Source: an uncultured Chloroflexia bacterium (lineage in GTDB: Bacteria > Chloroflexota > Limnocylindria > Limnocylindrales > CSP1-4). Taken from it: a DNA stretch of 64,000 nt. Numbering within the stretch: position 1 is the stretch's first letter; every line of letters starts with the position of its first letter. The position numbers and the translations under genes were made by a program. The DNA lies in contig CAVORL010000006.1 of assembly GCA_963698595.1 (NCBI GenBank), positions 50,489 through 114,488 of the forward strand. The letters run 5' to 3'. The notes under the pieces were generated by a model. It searched no databases, was not told where the DNA came from, and saw only the letters and a program-made list of their open reading frames with translations. Positions 39,086 through 50,262 of the stretch are shown piece by piece.

Positions 39086-39192
39086 TGCGGCGTTCATGGA
39101 TGTCCATCCCGAAGGTTGCGGGCATGTGAGAGGCTGCGCCGATGCGGACCCGAGCCGGCATCGGCTGGCCCCGCCCCGACACGGAGCCACGC

Positions 39193-40482
39193 ATGACCGA
39201 GCCGACCACCCGACGCCCCGGCGTCCGCACGGCCGCTCCTGGAGCCGGTGCCCTGGCGGCCGCGCTCACCCAGTTCGACGCCGCTGCCGATCACCTCGCA
39301 CTCGACCCCGGAGTCCGCGAGATCCTCCGCGCCCCGCAGAGAGAGCTCGTCGTCCGGTTCCCGGTCCGACTCGATGACGGGCAGGTCCGCGTCTTCACCG
39401 GCTATCGCGTCCAGCACTGCCTTGCCCGCGGGCCGGCGAAGGGCGGCCTGCGATTTCACCCATCGACGGACCTCGAGGAGGTCCAGGCGCTTGCGATGTG
39501 GATGACGTGGAAATGCGCCCTGGTGAACGTTCCCTTCGGGGGCGCAAAGGGGGGCGTGACCTGCAACCCGCGCGAGATGAGCCAGCGGGAGCTGGAGGCG
39601 CTGACTCGGCGCTTCGCCACCGAGCTGGAGGTCCTGATCGGCCCCGAGTCGGACATCCCGGCGCCGGACGTGGGAACGAACGCCCAAACGATGGCCTGGA
39701 TCATGGACACGGTCTCGATGCACCGCGGCTTCTCGGTTCCCGGCGTCGTCACCGGCAAGCCGGTCGCGATCGGAGGCTCCATGGGCCGCGCCGACGCGAC
39801 CGGCCAGGGGGTCGTCTACACGATCGAGGACGCCGCCGGCCGGGTGGGATTCGCGCTGCGCGGTGCGACGGTCGCGGTGCAAGGCTTCGGCAATGTCGGC
39901 GAGGCGGCCGCCCGGATCATCGAGGCTGCCGGCGCTCGGGTCGTGGCGATCACCGACCTTGGAGGCGGCGTGTACTGCGAGGCCGGCCTGGACCTGCCGT
40001 ACCTGCGCACCTACCTGCGGGCGCAGGGGACGCTCGTCGGTGCCCCGGGCACCCGCCCGATCGACAACGACGAGCTCTTCGCGCTCGACGTCGACATCCT
40101 CATCCTTGCCGCCATGGAGGGCCAGATCACGGCCGAGAACGCGGGCCGCGTCCGGGCCCGGATCCTCGCCGAAGGGGCGAACGGGCCGACGACGCCGGAG
40201 GCGGACCCGATCCTCGAGGCGAACGGGGTGACCGTGATCCCCGACATCCTGTGCAACTCGGGCGGGGTGATCGTCAGCTACTTCGAGTGGGTCCAGAACC
40301 GTGACGCGCACTTCTGGGCGCCCAAGATCATCAATGCCCGCCTCCGCGCAGCGATCCTGGAGGGGGCGGCGACCGTGTGGGAGCGCGCCGCCCGCGACGG
40401 CATCGGTTCGCGCCGCGCCGCTCATGCAATCGCCGTCGAACGCGTTGCGGAGGCCTCGATGCTTCGCGGCATCTACCCGTAG
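39193..40482 (+). CDS. gdhA: Glutamate dehydrogenase (Glu/Leu/Phe/Val dehydrogenase family)
   Basis: PAKGGLRFHP, VPFGGAKGG, GFGNVG Rossmann motif. GGAG RBS before ATG 39193. Confidence 0.9.
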   Translation: MTEPTTRRPGVRTAAPGAGALAAALTQFDAAADHLALDPGVREILRAPQRELVVRFPVRLDDGQVRVFTGYRVQHCLARGPAKGGLRFHPSTDLEEVQALAMWMTWKCALVNVPFGGAKGGVTCNPREMSQRELEALTRRFATELEVLIGPESDIPAPDVGTNAQTMAWIMDTVSMHRGFSVPGVVTGKPVAIGGSMGRADATGQGVVYTIEDAAGRVGFALRGATVAVQGFGNVGEAAARIIEAAGARVVAITDLGGGVYCEAGLDLPYLRTYLRAQGTLVGAPGTRPIDNDELFALDVDILILAAMEGQITAENAGRVRARILAEGANGPTTPEADPILEANGVTVIPDILCNSGGVIVSYFEWVQNRDAHFWAPKIINARLRAAILEGAATVWERAARDGIGSRRAAHAIAVERVAEASMLRGIYP

Positions 40483-40662
40483 GGCCAGGCGCCGGGCACG
40501 CGGTGCGCGCGTCCTCCCCGGCGGCCTGCCTCGCCCCCTTCGACCTCCCCTGCCAGGGGCCCGGCCGCTCACACCCGGCCGGGCCCCGTCCTCGCGGGCC
40601 CGCACGGGTCCCACGGAGGACGAGCGGGCGGGGGGCACTGAGGGGCCCGCGACCCCGCTCGG

Positions 40663-42054
40663 TCAGCCGGCGGTCAGGAGCCGCAGGGCCGCCTCCATCC
40701 GGGCGTCGGGAGCGAAGTTCCGTGAGTGGAACGAGCCCGCGAGCTCCTGGAGATCGGCGAGGCTCCGCCCCCTGAGGTGGCCGACGACCTCGGCCAGGAG
40801 CTCGCGCTGGAAGTCGCGGTCGGCCTCGCTCGCCACCCGGAAGCGGCGCTTGGCCGAGAGCGGCAGGATCCCGTCGATCTCATCGACGTAGCGCGCGCGC
40901 GCGGCAGCGGCGCGCGAGGCGCGGTCGGCCACCCCCGCCTCGCGCAGGAACTCCATCCACGGCGTGCCGTCGCGCATGGCGAGCAGGCCCATCGCCCGAA
41001 CGTCCTTGTAGTGCCACAGGTTCCAGTGGAGCCCGTCGGCGTTGGCCCGGCGGATCACCGCCTCGAGCATCGACCGCTGGGCGTCGACCTGGGACGCCGA
41101 GCCCGTCCAGTAGTTGATGCCGAACTCGCCGAGGAAGACCGGCCGGGCAATCCGCTCGTTGTCCGGGCGGACCTCGAAGCCGGTCTGCTGGAACAGGTAC
41201 GCCTCGTCGATCGCGACGCCGTCGTGCAGCCCCGGGAACTCCCCGACGACGCGCAAGGGGGCCGTGTACTGGTGGTAGAAGTGGAACGCCGCCATCACCT
41301 GGGGGTCGTCGAAGATGTCCGCCGCGATCGCCCCGAGGTCCGTGGCGTGCGAGTCCCCGTTCACGATCACGACGTGGTCGGGATCCTCCCGCCGGATCGC
41401 CGCGAGGCACGACCTCGTGAACGCGTTCATCCGCTCGACCTGGCGCGGGTGGGTCGTCACCGGCTCGTTGAGGATCTCGTAGCCCAGCACCGCCGGCTCG
41501 TCGCGATAGCGCCGGGCGATCTCGCCCCACAGGGCCGCCGTGCGGTCCTGGAAGTCCCGCACGTCCCACAGCAGAACCTCGCCGTCGGCGCTCCCGGCGT
41601 TCCAGTCGGCCGCCTGGCACCCCGGCGCCGCGTGGAGGTCGAGCAGGACGTAGAGGCCGTGGCGGCCGGCCCAGCCGACCACGCGATCGATCAGCGCGAA
41701 GCCGGCCTCATGGTACTGGCCTGGCCGCCAGTCCGACTCGAGGTGACGGTAGTCGAACGCGAGCCGGACGTGGTTGAAGCCCAGGGAGCGAAGGTAGGCG
41801 AAGTCCCCCTCGTCGAGATAGGCGTCCATGTACGCGTCCCAGAACGCCCTCTCGGCGGCCTCGCCGAGCAGATCCCGGAACGACCGGCGCATCACGTGGT
41901 CCACCTGGGGCAGGCCCACCATGAAGTGTTCCAGCATCATCCAGTTGCCGAGCCCGATCCCCCTCAGCGCCACCGGCGCCCCGGCGGCAAGGATCCGACG
42001 GCCGTCCAGCCGGAGGAAGGGGAGGCCGGCCGTCCCGGCACCTCGATCTGACAC
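40663..42054 (-). CDS. Glycoside hydrolase family 5 (beta-glucanase/cellulase-like), apparently cytoplasmic
   Basis: GFNHVRL, YEILNEP (acid/base Glu), later FLGEFG (nucleophile region). No signal peptide seen. Confidence 0.8.
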   Translation of the reverse strand: MSDRGAGTAGLPFLRLDGRRILAAGAPVALRGIGLGNWMMLEHFMVGLPQVDHVMRRSFRDLLGEAAERAFWDAYMDAYLDEGDFAYLRSLGFNHVRLAFDYRHLESDWRPGQYHEAGFALIDRVVGWAGRHGLYVLLDLHAAPGCQAADWNAGSADGEVLLWDVRDFQDRTAALWGEIARRYRDEPAVLGYEILNEPVTTHPRQVERMNAFTRSCLAAIRREDPDHVVIVNGDSHATDLGAIAADIFDDPQVMAAFHFYHQYTAPLRVVGEFPGLHDGVAIDEAYLFQQTGFEVRPDNERIARPVFLGEFGINYWTGSASQVDAQRSMLEAVIRRANADGLHWNLWHYKDVRAMGLLAMRDGTPWMEFLREAGVADRASRAAAARARYVDEIDGILPLSAKRRFRVASEADRDFQRELLAEVVGHLRGRSLADLQELAGSFHSRNFAPDARMEAALRLLTAG

Positions 42055-42174
42055 GTTCGCACCTCGGAGATCCCCGGCCTGCCGGTTGGACCCGCGTTTG
42101 CGGAGGTCCAGTGCTGATCGGCCTTCGCCCCCGAATCTAGCACCCGGCGCGGCATGAACCGCGGCTCAAGATCA

Positions 42175-42188
42175 TGTGAGCGCTCTCT
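42175..42188. promoter_or_regulatory. LacI-family operator candidate 1 (TGTGAGCGCTCTCT)
   Basis: Contains the perfect palindrome GAGCGCTC with a central CG. Related to the symmetric lac operator core GTGAGCGCTCAC. Confidence 0.5.
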
Positions 42189-42200
42189 TGACAAGCCCTC

Positions 42201-42206
42201 TAGAAT
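42201..42206 (+). promoter_or_regulatory. Candidate -10 TAGAAT for the binding-protein/permease operon
   Basis: TAGAAT lies between the two operator candidates. Confidence 0.35.
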
Positions 42207-42218
42207 GGCCTGCAGGAG

Positions 42219-42234
42219 CGTGAGAGCGCTCCCA
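42219..42234. promoter_or_regulatory. LacI-family operator candidate 2 (CGTGAGAGCGCTCCCA)
   Basis: Same GAGCGCTC palindrome, in inverted orientation relative to site 1 (GAGAGCGCTC shared). Centres are 46 bp apart. Confidence 0.5.
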
Positions 42235-42381
42235 TCCACAGCCAGACGTGACACGCCCGTGCGCCACGAGCCTCCGTTGCGCGGGAGATCGCGGCCAGTC
42301 GGTGGCCGCCGGGCAGGTCCACGTCGGCCCGTTGACCAGGGCGAGGTCCCTCGCTCAACCAGGAGGAGCCAGACAGCAGAC

Positions 42382-43728
42382 ATGCGCAAGCTCATGATCC
42401 TGCCCGTCACGTTGATGGCGCTGGTCGTCGCCGCGTGCGGCGGCGGTGCGACCACGGCGCCGGCCACCCCAACCGGACCCGAGCCGAGCGGTGCCGCGCC
42501 CACCAGCGCCCCGGCCCTGTCGGGGACCCTCAAGGTCCTCATCCACCAGAACCCGCCCCTCGTCGACTTCATGACCGCGTTCAACGAGACGTTCCAGGCG
42601 GCGAACCCGGGCGTCACGGTCGACATGTCGGTGGTCAACGCGAACGACCTCCCGACGAACGTGCTGACCCGCCTGACCGCCGGCGACGTCGACATCGTGG
42701 TCCCGTCGCTCACCGGCCTGTCGAACCAGGTCCAGCCGTACATGACCGACGTCGTCCCGGTGGGCTGGCAGCAGGAGGCTGACTCCGGCCTGCTCATGGA
42801 CATCACGGACCAGCCGTTCGTCCAGAACTTCGATCCCACGGCCATCGCCGACGGCTCGACCTACAACGGCAAGGTCTATTCGATCAACCTCGGTCGCGTC
42901 GCCTACGGCGGCCTCTACTACAACAAGGACCTCTTCGCCGCCAACAACGTGGCGGTCCCGACGACCTGGAGTGAGCTCGTCGCGGCCTGCCAGACGTTCA
43001 AGGCTGCCGACATCCCGTGCATGACCGCCGGCGGCAAGGACGGCTGGCCCGTCTTCGTCGGGGCGTTCGGCCTCGCCGGCACCGCCTTCCCGGACCAGGC
43101 CGCCCTCGTGCAGGGGCTCTGGGAGGGCACCAAGAAGTGGACGGACGCCGACCTCGTCGCGCTCGCGTCCAAGTACCAGATCTACGATCGCGACATGATG
43201 GAGGCGGGCGCCAGCGGCCTCGCCGGCGACGCGGCCCCGGGACGCTTCGCCTCGGGCGCGGTCGCCATGCAGGCGGGCGGCAGCTGGTACGCGGCAGCTA
43301 TCGAAGCGGCCCAGCCGGCGTTCGAGTGGGGCTACATCCCCTTCCCCGGCAGCGACAACGCGGCCGACAACCAGAACATGTTCGGCAAGTACGACATGGG
43401 CTTCTCCATCGCCGGCAACGCGCCCAACAAGGACGCCGCCGTGGCGTACCTGACGGCCTTCTCCGAGCCGGCCAACTACCAGGCGTTCGCGAACGCGGTC
43501 GGGTTCATCCCGACCCAGCCGGGCGCCACGCTCGACACGGCGATCGGCCAGGAGCTCGCGCCGTATCTCGAGAACTTCAAGGTCGGCTTCGAGCAGTACT
43601 GGATCGCTCCCAAGGGCGCAGGCGCGCTCGCAGCGGGCGTGATCCTGAACAACATGTTCAAGCCGTTCGGCACCTACGACGACCCGACGGCAGCCGCTGA
43701 AAAGGCGCAGTCGGACCTCGGCAAGTAG
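42382..43728 (+). CDS. Sugar ABC transporter substrate-binding lipoprotein (family 1)
   Basis: Lipobox LVVAAC after MRKLMILPVTLMA. AGGAGGA RBS. Typical CUT1 binding-protein length and composition. Confidence 0.88.
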   Translation: MRKLMILPVTLMALVVAACGGGATTAPATPTGPEPSGAAPTSAPALSGTLKVLIHQNPPLVDFMTAFNETFQAANPGVTVDMSVVNANDLPTNVLTRLTAGDVDIVVPSLTGLSNQVQPYMTDVVPVGWQQEADSGLLMDITDQPFVQNFDPTAIADGSTYNGKVYSINLGRVAYGGLYYNKDLFAANNVAVPTTWSELVAACQTFKAADIPCMTAGGKDGWPVFVGAFGLAGTAFPDQAALVQGLWEGTKKWTDADLVALASKYQIYDRDMMEAGASGLAGDAAPGRFASGAVAMQAGGSWYAAAIEAAQPAFEWGYIPFPGSDNAADNQNMFGKYDMGFSIAGNAPNKDAAVAYLTAFSEPANYQAFANAVGFIPTQPGATLDTAIGQELAPYLENFKVGFEQYWIAPKGAGALAAGVILNNMFKPFGTYDDPTAAAEKAQSDLGK

Positions 43729-43830
43729 CGCTCTGGCGCCAGCCAGATCCTCGTGTGAGGTGGAGCCCCCGGCCCTTCGGGGTCGGGAGCTCCATCACTC
43801 CAGCACCGCGGACCCAGGGAGGATGGCTTC

Positions 43831-44757
43831 GTGAGGTACCACTTCGGCGGCGGGCTGTCGAGGGCCGCGCCCTACGCGTTCCTGGCTCCCGGCATCTTGC
43901 TCTACGTGCTGATGGCGCTGGGCCCGTCCCTGGCGACGGCCGTCCTCTCCTTCACCGACGCGACGGGACTGCCGAACCTCCCCATCAACTGGGTGGGGCT
44001 CGAGAACTACCGGGAGTTCCTGACGCTCGGGGCCGCGGCACAGCAGAACCTCGACGCGATCATCCGCACCTTCATCTTCTGCATCTCCGTGACGGTCGTC
44101 CAGTTCACCCTGGGCCTGGTCGTCGCGGTCCTCCTCAACCAGAAGCTGCACGGCACGAAGTTCTTCCGAACGCTGTTCTTCCTGCCCGTCATCCTCGGCG
44201 TCACGATCCAGGGTCTCATGTGGACCCTGTTCCTGTACCCGCTCGGCGGCCCGATGCAGTCCGTCCTCGGGTTCTTCGGGCTCGAGTCGCAGTTCCTGGG
44301 CGGCCAGCCGATGGAGGCTTTCGCCTGGGTCATCGTCGTGCAGATCTGGTCGAACCTGGGCATGACGATCGTGATCTTCATCGCCGGCCTCGCCACGATC
44401 CCGAATGAGGTCTACGAGGCGTCCCGGATCGACGGCGCCAGCCGCTGGCAGGTCTTCCGGGAGGTGACCTGGCCACTGCTCACCCCGACCGTCAACACGA
44501 ACCTCATCCTCACCATCATCGGCTCGCTGCAGGCCTGGCAGCTCTTCCTCGTGCTCACCGGCTACAAGGAGGGCACCCAGGTGATGGGCTACGTCGTCTA
44601 CGCGACGGCCTTCGGGGCGGCGTCCGGCGGCTCGGCCTCCAGCTTCCGCCAGGGCTACGGCGCGGCCGCCTCGATCGTCCTGTTCGCGATCGTGCTCGTG
44701 ATCGGGCTCACGACCCAATACCTGCTGCGGCGGAGAGAGGCTCGGTTGCTGGGATGA
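43831..44757 (+). CDS. Sugar ABC transporter permease (MalF/UgpA-like)
   Basis: 6 TM helices. EAA-loop-like region EASRIDGASRWQVFREVTWPLL. Confidence 0.88.
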   Translation: MRYHFGGGLSRAAPYAFLAPGILLYVLMALGPSLATAVLSFTDATGLPNLPINWVGLENYREFLTLGAAAQQNLDAIIRTFIFCISVTVVQFTLGLVVAVLLNQKLHGTKFFRTLFFLPVILGVTIQGLMWTLFLYPLGGPMQSVLGFFGLESQFLGGQPMEAFAWVIVVQIWSNLGMTIVIFIAGLATIPNEVYEASRIDGASRWQVFREVTWPLLTPTVNTNLILTIIGSLQAWQLFLVLTGYKEGTQVMGYVVYATAFGAASGGSASSFRQGYGAAASIVLFAIVLVIGLTTQYLLRRREARLLG

Positions 44758-45641
44758 CGACCTCCATGACTCCCACCCCGGTCAACCCTCCCCTCGAGCG
44801 GCCTCAGCAGGTTCCGTACGTGCGAGGACGGCGCATCGACGCCGGCCGCGTGGCGGCCTACGTCTTCCTGATCGCGCTCGCGATCGTCTACCTCGCTCCC
44901 ATGCTCATGCTCGTGCTCACGGCGGTGAAGACGCTCCCCGACTTCAGCAAGAGCCCGGTCGGGCTGCCCACGACGTTCGCCCTCGAGAACTTCGCCGAGG
45001 CGTGGGACAAGGCGAGCTTCCCGCGCTACCTCTTGAACACCATCCTGTACACGGTCTCGTCGACCGTGGTGTTCCTCATCAGCGCGACATTCCTCGCGGT
45101 CGCGATCGCACGGCGCTTCGTCCGCGGCGGCGGGCTGCTCTTCACGATGTTCCTGATCGCGCTGTTCCTGCCGCCGGCGCTGATCCCGCAGTTCCAGCTG
45201 ATCCTGCGCCTCGGCCTCTACAACAACCCCATCGGCTACATCATGCTGTTCCTGGTGAACCCGATCGGGATCGTGATCCTCGTCAACTACATCCGGACCA
45301 TCCCGATCGAGCTGGACGAGGCCGCCGCGATCGAAGGCTGCGGCTACGTCCGGTACGTGCTGCAGATCATCCTTCCGCTGGCCATGCCGGCGATCGCGAC
45401 GGTGGCCGTGCTGCACGCCATCGGTGTCTGGAACGAGCTGATCCTGGCGACGATCTACCTGACCTCGTCGGACCTCTACCCGATCACGCGGGGCCTCATC
45501 GTCTTCAACGGCGTCTACGGCAACAACTGGCCCGTGCTGGCGGCAGCCGTCCTGATGATCGCGGCCCCCATGGCCCTCTTCTTCGTCTTCATGCAGCGCT
45601 ACATCATCGGCGGGGTCACCGCAGGGGCCGTCAAGGGCTAG
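44754..45641 (+). CDS. Sugar ABC transporter permease (MalG/UgpE-like)
   Basis: EAA loop DEAAAIEGCGYVRYVLQIILPLAMP. ATGA overlap with the upstream permease. Confidence 0.88.
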   Translation: MTTSMTPTPVNPPLERPQQVPYVRGRRIDAGRVAAYVFLIALAIVYLAPMLMLVLTAVKTLPDFSKSPVGLPTTFALENFAEAWDKASFPRYLLNTILYTVSSTVVFLISATFLAVAIARRFVRGGGLLFTMFLIALFLPPALIPQFQLILRLGLYNNPIGYIMLFLVNPIGIVILVNYIRTIPIELDEAAAIEGCGYVRYVLQIILPLAMPAIATVAVLHAIGVWNELILATIYLTSSDLYPITRGLIVFNGVYGNNWPVLAAAVLMIAAPMALFFVFMQRYIIGGVTAGAVKG

Positions 45642-45667
45642 CCTGACGCCCTACCCTCGATGCTCCG

Positions 45668-45691
45668 TCCCGGTCCCGGTCCCGGTCCCGG
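45668..45691. repeat. Hexanucleotide microsatellite (TCCCGG)x4
   Basis: Four perfect tandem units in the permease-lacI intergenic region. Confidence 0.85.
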
Positions 45692-45795
45692 CGGACCCAC
45701 GGCTCGCGCCGGGCCCCGTCGGGCCGGACCACATCTGGAGCCCGCCGCGCGCGTCGCGTGACGCGCGGGGCTCTCCGCATCGCGAAAGGAGACCG

Positions 45796-46956
45796 ATGGC
45801 ACCGAGGCCGCGGACCCCGGGCAACGCTGGCAGGACGGCGACGGTGGAGGACGTCGCGAGGCTGGCCGGCGTCTCCCGGGCGACCGTCTCAAGGGTCGTC
45901 AACGGGAGCCCACGAGTGCATCCCGAGACTCGCGTCACGGTCACCCGGGCCATCGAGGAGCTGCGCTACGTGCCGAACCCGGCGGCGCGGGCGCTGATGA
46001 CGCACCGAACCGACTCCGTCGGGGTGGTGGTCCTCGAGTCGGCGAGCCGGCTCTTCGAGGATCCCTACTTCGGCCAGCTCCTGCTGGGGATCAGCGCGGG
46101 CCTTGCCGACCGCGAGGTGCAGCTCGTCATGCTGATCGCGCAGTCTCCCCGCGAGGAGGATCAGCTCGAGCGCTACATCGCGGCCGGGCACGTCGACGGG
46201 GTCATGGTGATCGGTCCCCGAGGGAACGACGAGCTCCCGCGGCGTCTCGTCGCCCGGGACGTCCCGGTCGTCGTGAACGGCCGACCCTCGCTGGCAAGCC
46301 TCCCGCCCGGCCAGCGGCAGATCAGCTACGTGGATGTCGAGAATCGGCAGGGCGCGCGGTCCGCCGTGGACCATCTGGCGGGCAGCGGCCGGCGCATGAT
46401 CGCGACGATCCACGGCCCGCTCGACCTGTCCTCTGGGCGCGACCGCCTGGAGGGCTACCGGGATGGCCTCGCGGCCGCCGGCCTGGCCGTCGACGCCGGG
46501 CTCGAGGCGGAAGGCAGCTATCGAGCCGCCGTTGCCGCCGAGGCCATGCGCACGCTGCTGGAGCGACGCCCGGAGCTCGACGCGGTCTTCGTGGCCTCGG
46601 ACTCGATGGCAGCCGCCGTCATCGGCGTGCTGCTCGACGCGGGGCGCCGCGTCCCCGACGACGTGGCGGTCGTGGGCTTCGACGACTCGTCGGTCGCCAT
46701 GGCGGTCCGGCCCACGCTGACGACCGTCCGCCAGCCGATCACCGGGATGGGACGCGAGCTGGCCGAGCTTCTGATGCGCCAGATCCGGGACCCGCAGGGT
46801 GCCCCGAGCCGCGTGATCCTGCCGACGGAGCTCGTCGTCCGCGAATCGAGCGCCCCTCCGGCGGGGAAGCGCGCCGGAGGGGCGGACGGCCGGACGGGCG
46901 CAGTGATCCTCGGCGCACTGCCCGCGGCGAGCGGCGCTGCCATCTCCGGCGGATGA
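45796..46956 (+). CDS. LacI family transcriptional regulator
   Basis: HTH TVEDVARLAGVSRATVSRVVNG. Periplasmic-binding-protein-like effector domain. AAAGGAG RBS. Confidence 0.9.
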   Translation: MAPRPRTPGNAGRTATVEDVARLAGVSRATVSRVVNGSPRVHPETRVTVTRAIEELRYVPNPAARALMTHRTDSVGVVVLESASRLFEDPYFGQLLLGISAGLADREVQLVMLIAQSPREEDQLERYIAAGHVDGVMVIGPRGNDELPRRLVARDVPVVVNGRPSLASLPPGQRQISYVDVENRQGARSAVDHLAGSGRRMIATIHGPLDLSSGRDRLEGYRDGLAAAGLAVDAGLEAEGSYRAAVAAEAMRTLLERRPELDAVFVASDSMAAAVIGVLLDAGRRVPDDVAVVGFDDSSVAMAVRPTLTTVRQPITGMGRELAELLMRQIRDPQGAPSRVILPTELVVRESSAPPAGKRAGGADGRTGAVILGALPAASGAAISGG

Positions 46957-49260
46957 CTGGATCGCCGCCCACGCAGGAGCGCCTCGTCATTCCGCGCGCC
47001 GCGTGGCGCTGCCCCATCGGTGGGGCCCCCGCCGATCCCGGGCGCCCGCGGGTCTCGCACGAGGTCCTCGTCGACGACGGGCCCTGGGGCGGCGTGCCGC
47101 TCGGCGGCATGGGCTCCGGGAGCATCGGCCGGACGCCGCGTGGCGACTTCGCTCGCTGGCACCTGGACGTGGGCACGCACCGCTTCGAGTCGATCCCGGC
47201 CTGCCAGTTCTCCGTGTTCGTGGCTGGCGGCGGCCGGTCGAGCGCGCACGCCCTGAGCGCCATCCGGCCGGCCACCCTGGCCTCCTGGGGCTGGGATCTC
47301 CCCGTCGGGGCGGGCACCTACCACGGCCTCTATCCGAACGCGTGGTTCGAGTACGACTGGGACGAGCTGCCCGTCCGCCTCGTGCAGCGCCAGTTCTCGC
47401 CGGTCATTCCGGGCAGCTACCGCGAGAGCAGCTACCCGGTCGGGCTGTTCGAGTGGCAGGTCGAGAACCCGGGCCCCGATCCCGTGACCGTCGGGCTCAT
47501 GTTCACGTGGCAGAACCTCGTCGGTCGGGGCGCCGGTCGCGACCTGCAGGGCGGCCACCGCAACCGGGCGATCCGCCGGGACGGGCTGACGGGGGTGGTC
47601 CTGGCGGGGCCTGACGATGCGGCGGACGAGGCCTGGGCCGGGACCTTCGCCATCGTGGCGGAGGAGACGGCGGGGCTCGGGCTCAGCGTCCGCAGCCGGT
47701 TCGCGGCCGACGACGGCGCCGACGTCTGGGCCGACTTCGCGGCCGACGGGAGGCTCGACGACGTCGACGACCCGACGCCGGCCCGGCCCGGGGAGCCGAT
47801 CGGCGCTGCGCTGGCCGCGACGTTCGAGCTCCATCCGGGCGAGGTCCGGAGCATCCCCTTCGCGCTCGCCTGGGACCTCCCGGTCGCCGAGTTCGGGTCC
47901 GGTCGCCGATGGCATCGGCGCCACACGCGCTACTTCGGCACCGCGGGCACGGCCGCCTGGCAGATCGCAGCCGAGGGCCTCGCCCGGCGAGCCGAGTGGC
48001 AGGCCGCCATCGACGCCTGGCAGGCACCCATCCTCGCCGACCTCCACCGGCCCGACTGGTACCCCGGCGTCCTTCTCAACGAGCTGTACTACCTCGTCGA
48101 CGGCGGCACGCTGTGGGCGGACCGCGAACCGGGCGGGGAGCGACCGGGAGACATGGGCCGGTTCGCCCTGCTCGAGTGCTTCGACTACCCGTTCTACAAC
48201 ACTCTCGACGTCTACTTCTACGCCTCGTTCGCCCTCGTCACCCTGTGGCCCGAGCTCGCGAAGCAGGTGATCCGCGACTTCGTGGCCACCGTCGACGTCG
48301 ACGACCCGGAGGACGTCCCGGTCTGGGCGACCGGCGGCCGCGCCGTCCGCAAGCGCGCCGGGGCGCTGCCCCACGACGTCGGCGGTCCGGCCGACGACCC
48401 GTTCGTCAAGCTGAACCACTACCACCTCCAGGACGTGAACGGCTGGAAGGACCTCAACTGCAAGTTCGTCCTGCTCGTGTGGCAGTCCGTGGCCCTCCTG
48501 GGAGACGAGGACCTGTGCCACGTGGCCTGGGCAGGCGTCGTTCGCGCCCTGCGCTACCTGGCCGCCTTCGACCGCGACGGTGACGGTCTTCCCGAGCACG
48601 ACGGCGTGGCAGACCAGACCTACGACACGTGGCCGATGCTCGGTCCGAGCGCCTACGGCGGCTCGCTGTGGCTGGCGGCCCTGCGAGCGGCGATCGCGAT
48701 GGGCGAGCGGGTGGGGGACGCGGAGACCGTCGCCTGGCTGCGGGACATCCTGCGGCGTGCCCATCCTGCGTTCGAGGAGAAGCTGTGGGCCGGCTCGCAC
48801 TACCGCTACGACGCCGGCGGTGACGCCTCCACCAGCTCGATCATGGCCGACCAGCTGGCGGGCCAGTGGTGGGCCGACGCCACGGGCCTCGGCGAGATCG
48901 CGCCGGAGGAGCATGTCCGGAGCGCGCTCCGGACCATCTTCGACATGAACGTCCGCGGGTTCGACGACGGCCACATGGGGGCGGTCAACGGGATGCGCCC
49001 GGACGGGACGGTGGATGTCTCCAGCGAGCAGTCCCAGGAAGTGTGGATCGGCACCACGTACGCGCTGGCCGCGTTCATGGCGTCTCGCGGCATGCTCGCC
49101 GAGGCATGGCAGACGGCCTCCGGCGTCGCGCGCGTCGTCGAGGAGCGCGGCTACCGCTATCGGACGCCCGAGGCGTACGACGTCGACGGGAACTTCCGGG
49201 CCACCATGTACCTGCGCCCGCTGGCGATCTGGGCGCTCGAGCGGGCACTCGGCGACGGCC

Positions 49261-49268
<8 letters not shown>
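46953..49268 (+). CDS. GH116 family beta-glucosidase (GBA2/non-lysosomal glucosylceramidase type)
   Basis: GGMGSGSIGRTPRGDFARW, YHGLYPNAWFEY, FTWQN, later (alpha/alpha)6-type region. ATGA overlap with the lacI stop. Family call is by resemblance. Confidence 0.75.

Positions 49269-50258
<990 letters not shown>

Positions 50259-50262
<4 letters not shown>

Noticed and set aside
42188-42206. TTGACA and TAGAAT hexamers that look like a consensus -35/-10 pair.
   Set aside because: They are only 7 nt apart instead of the ~17 nt required. Only TAGAAT is retained as a possible -10.
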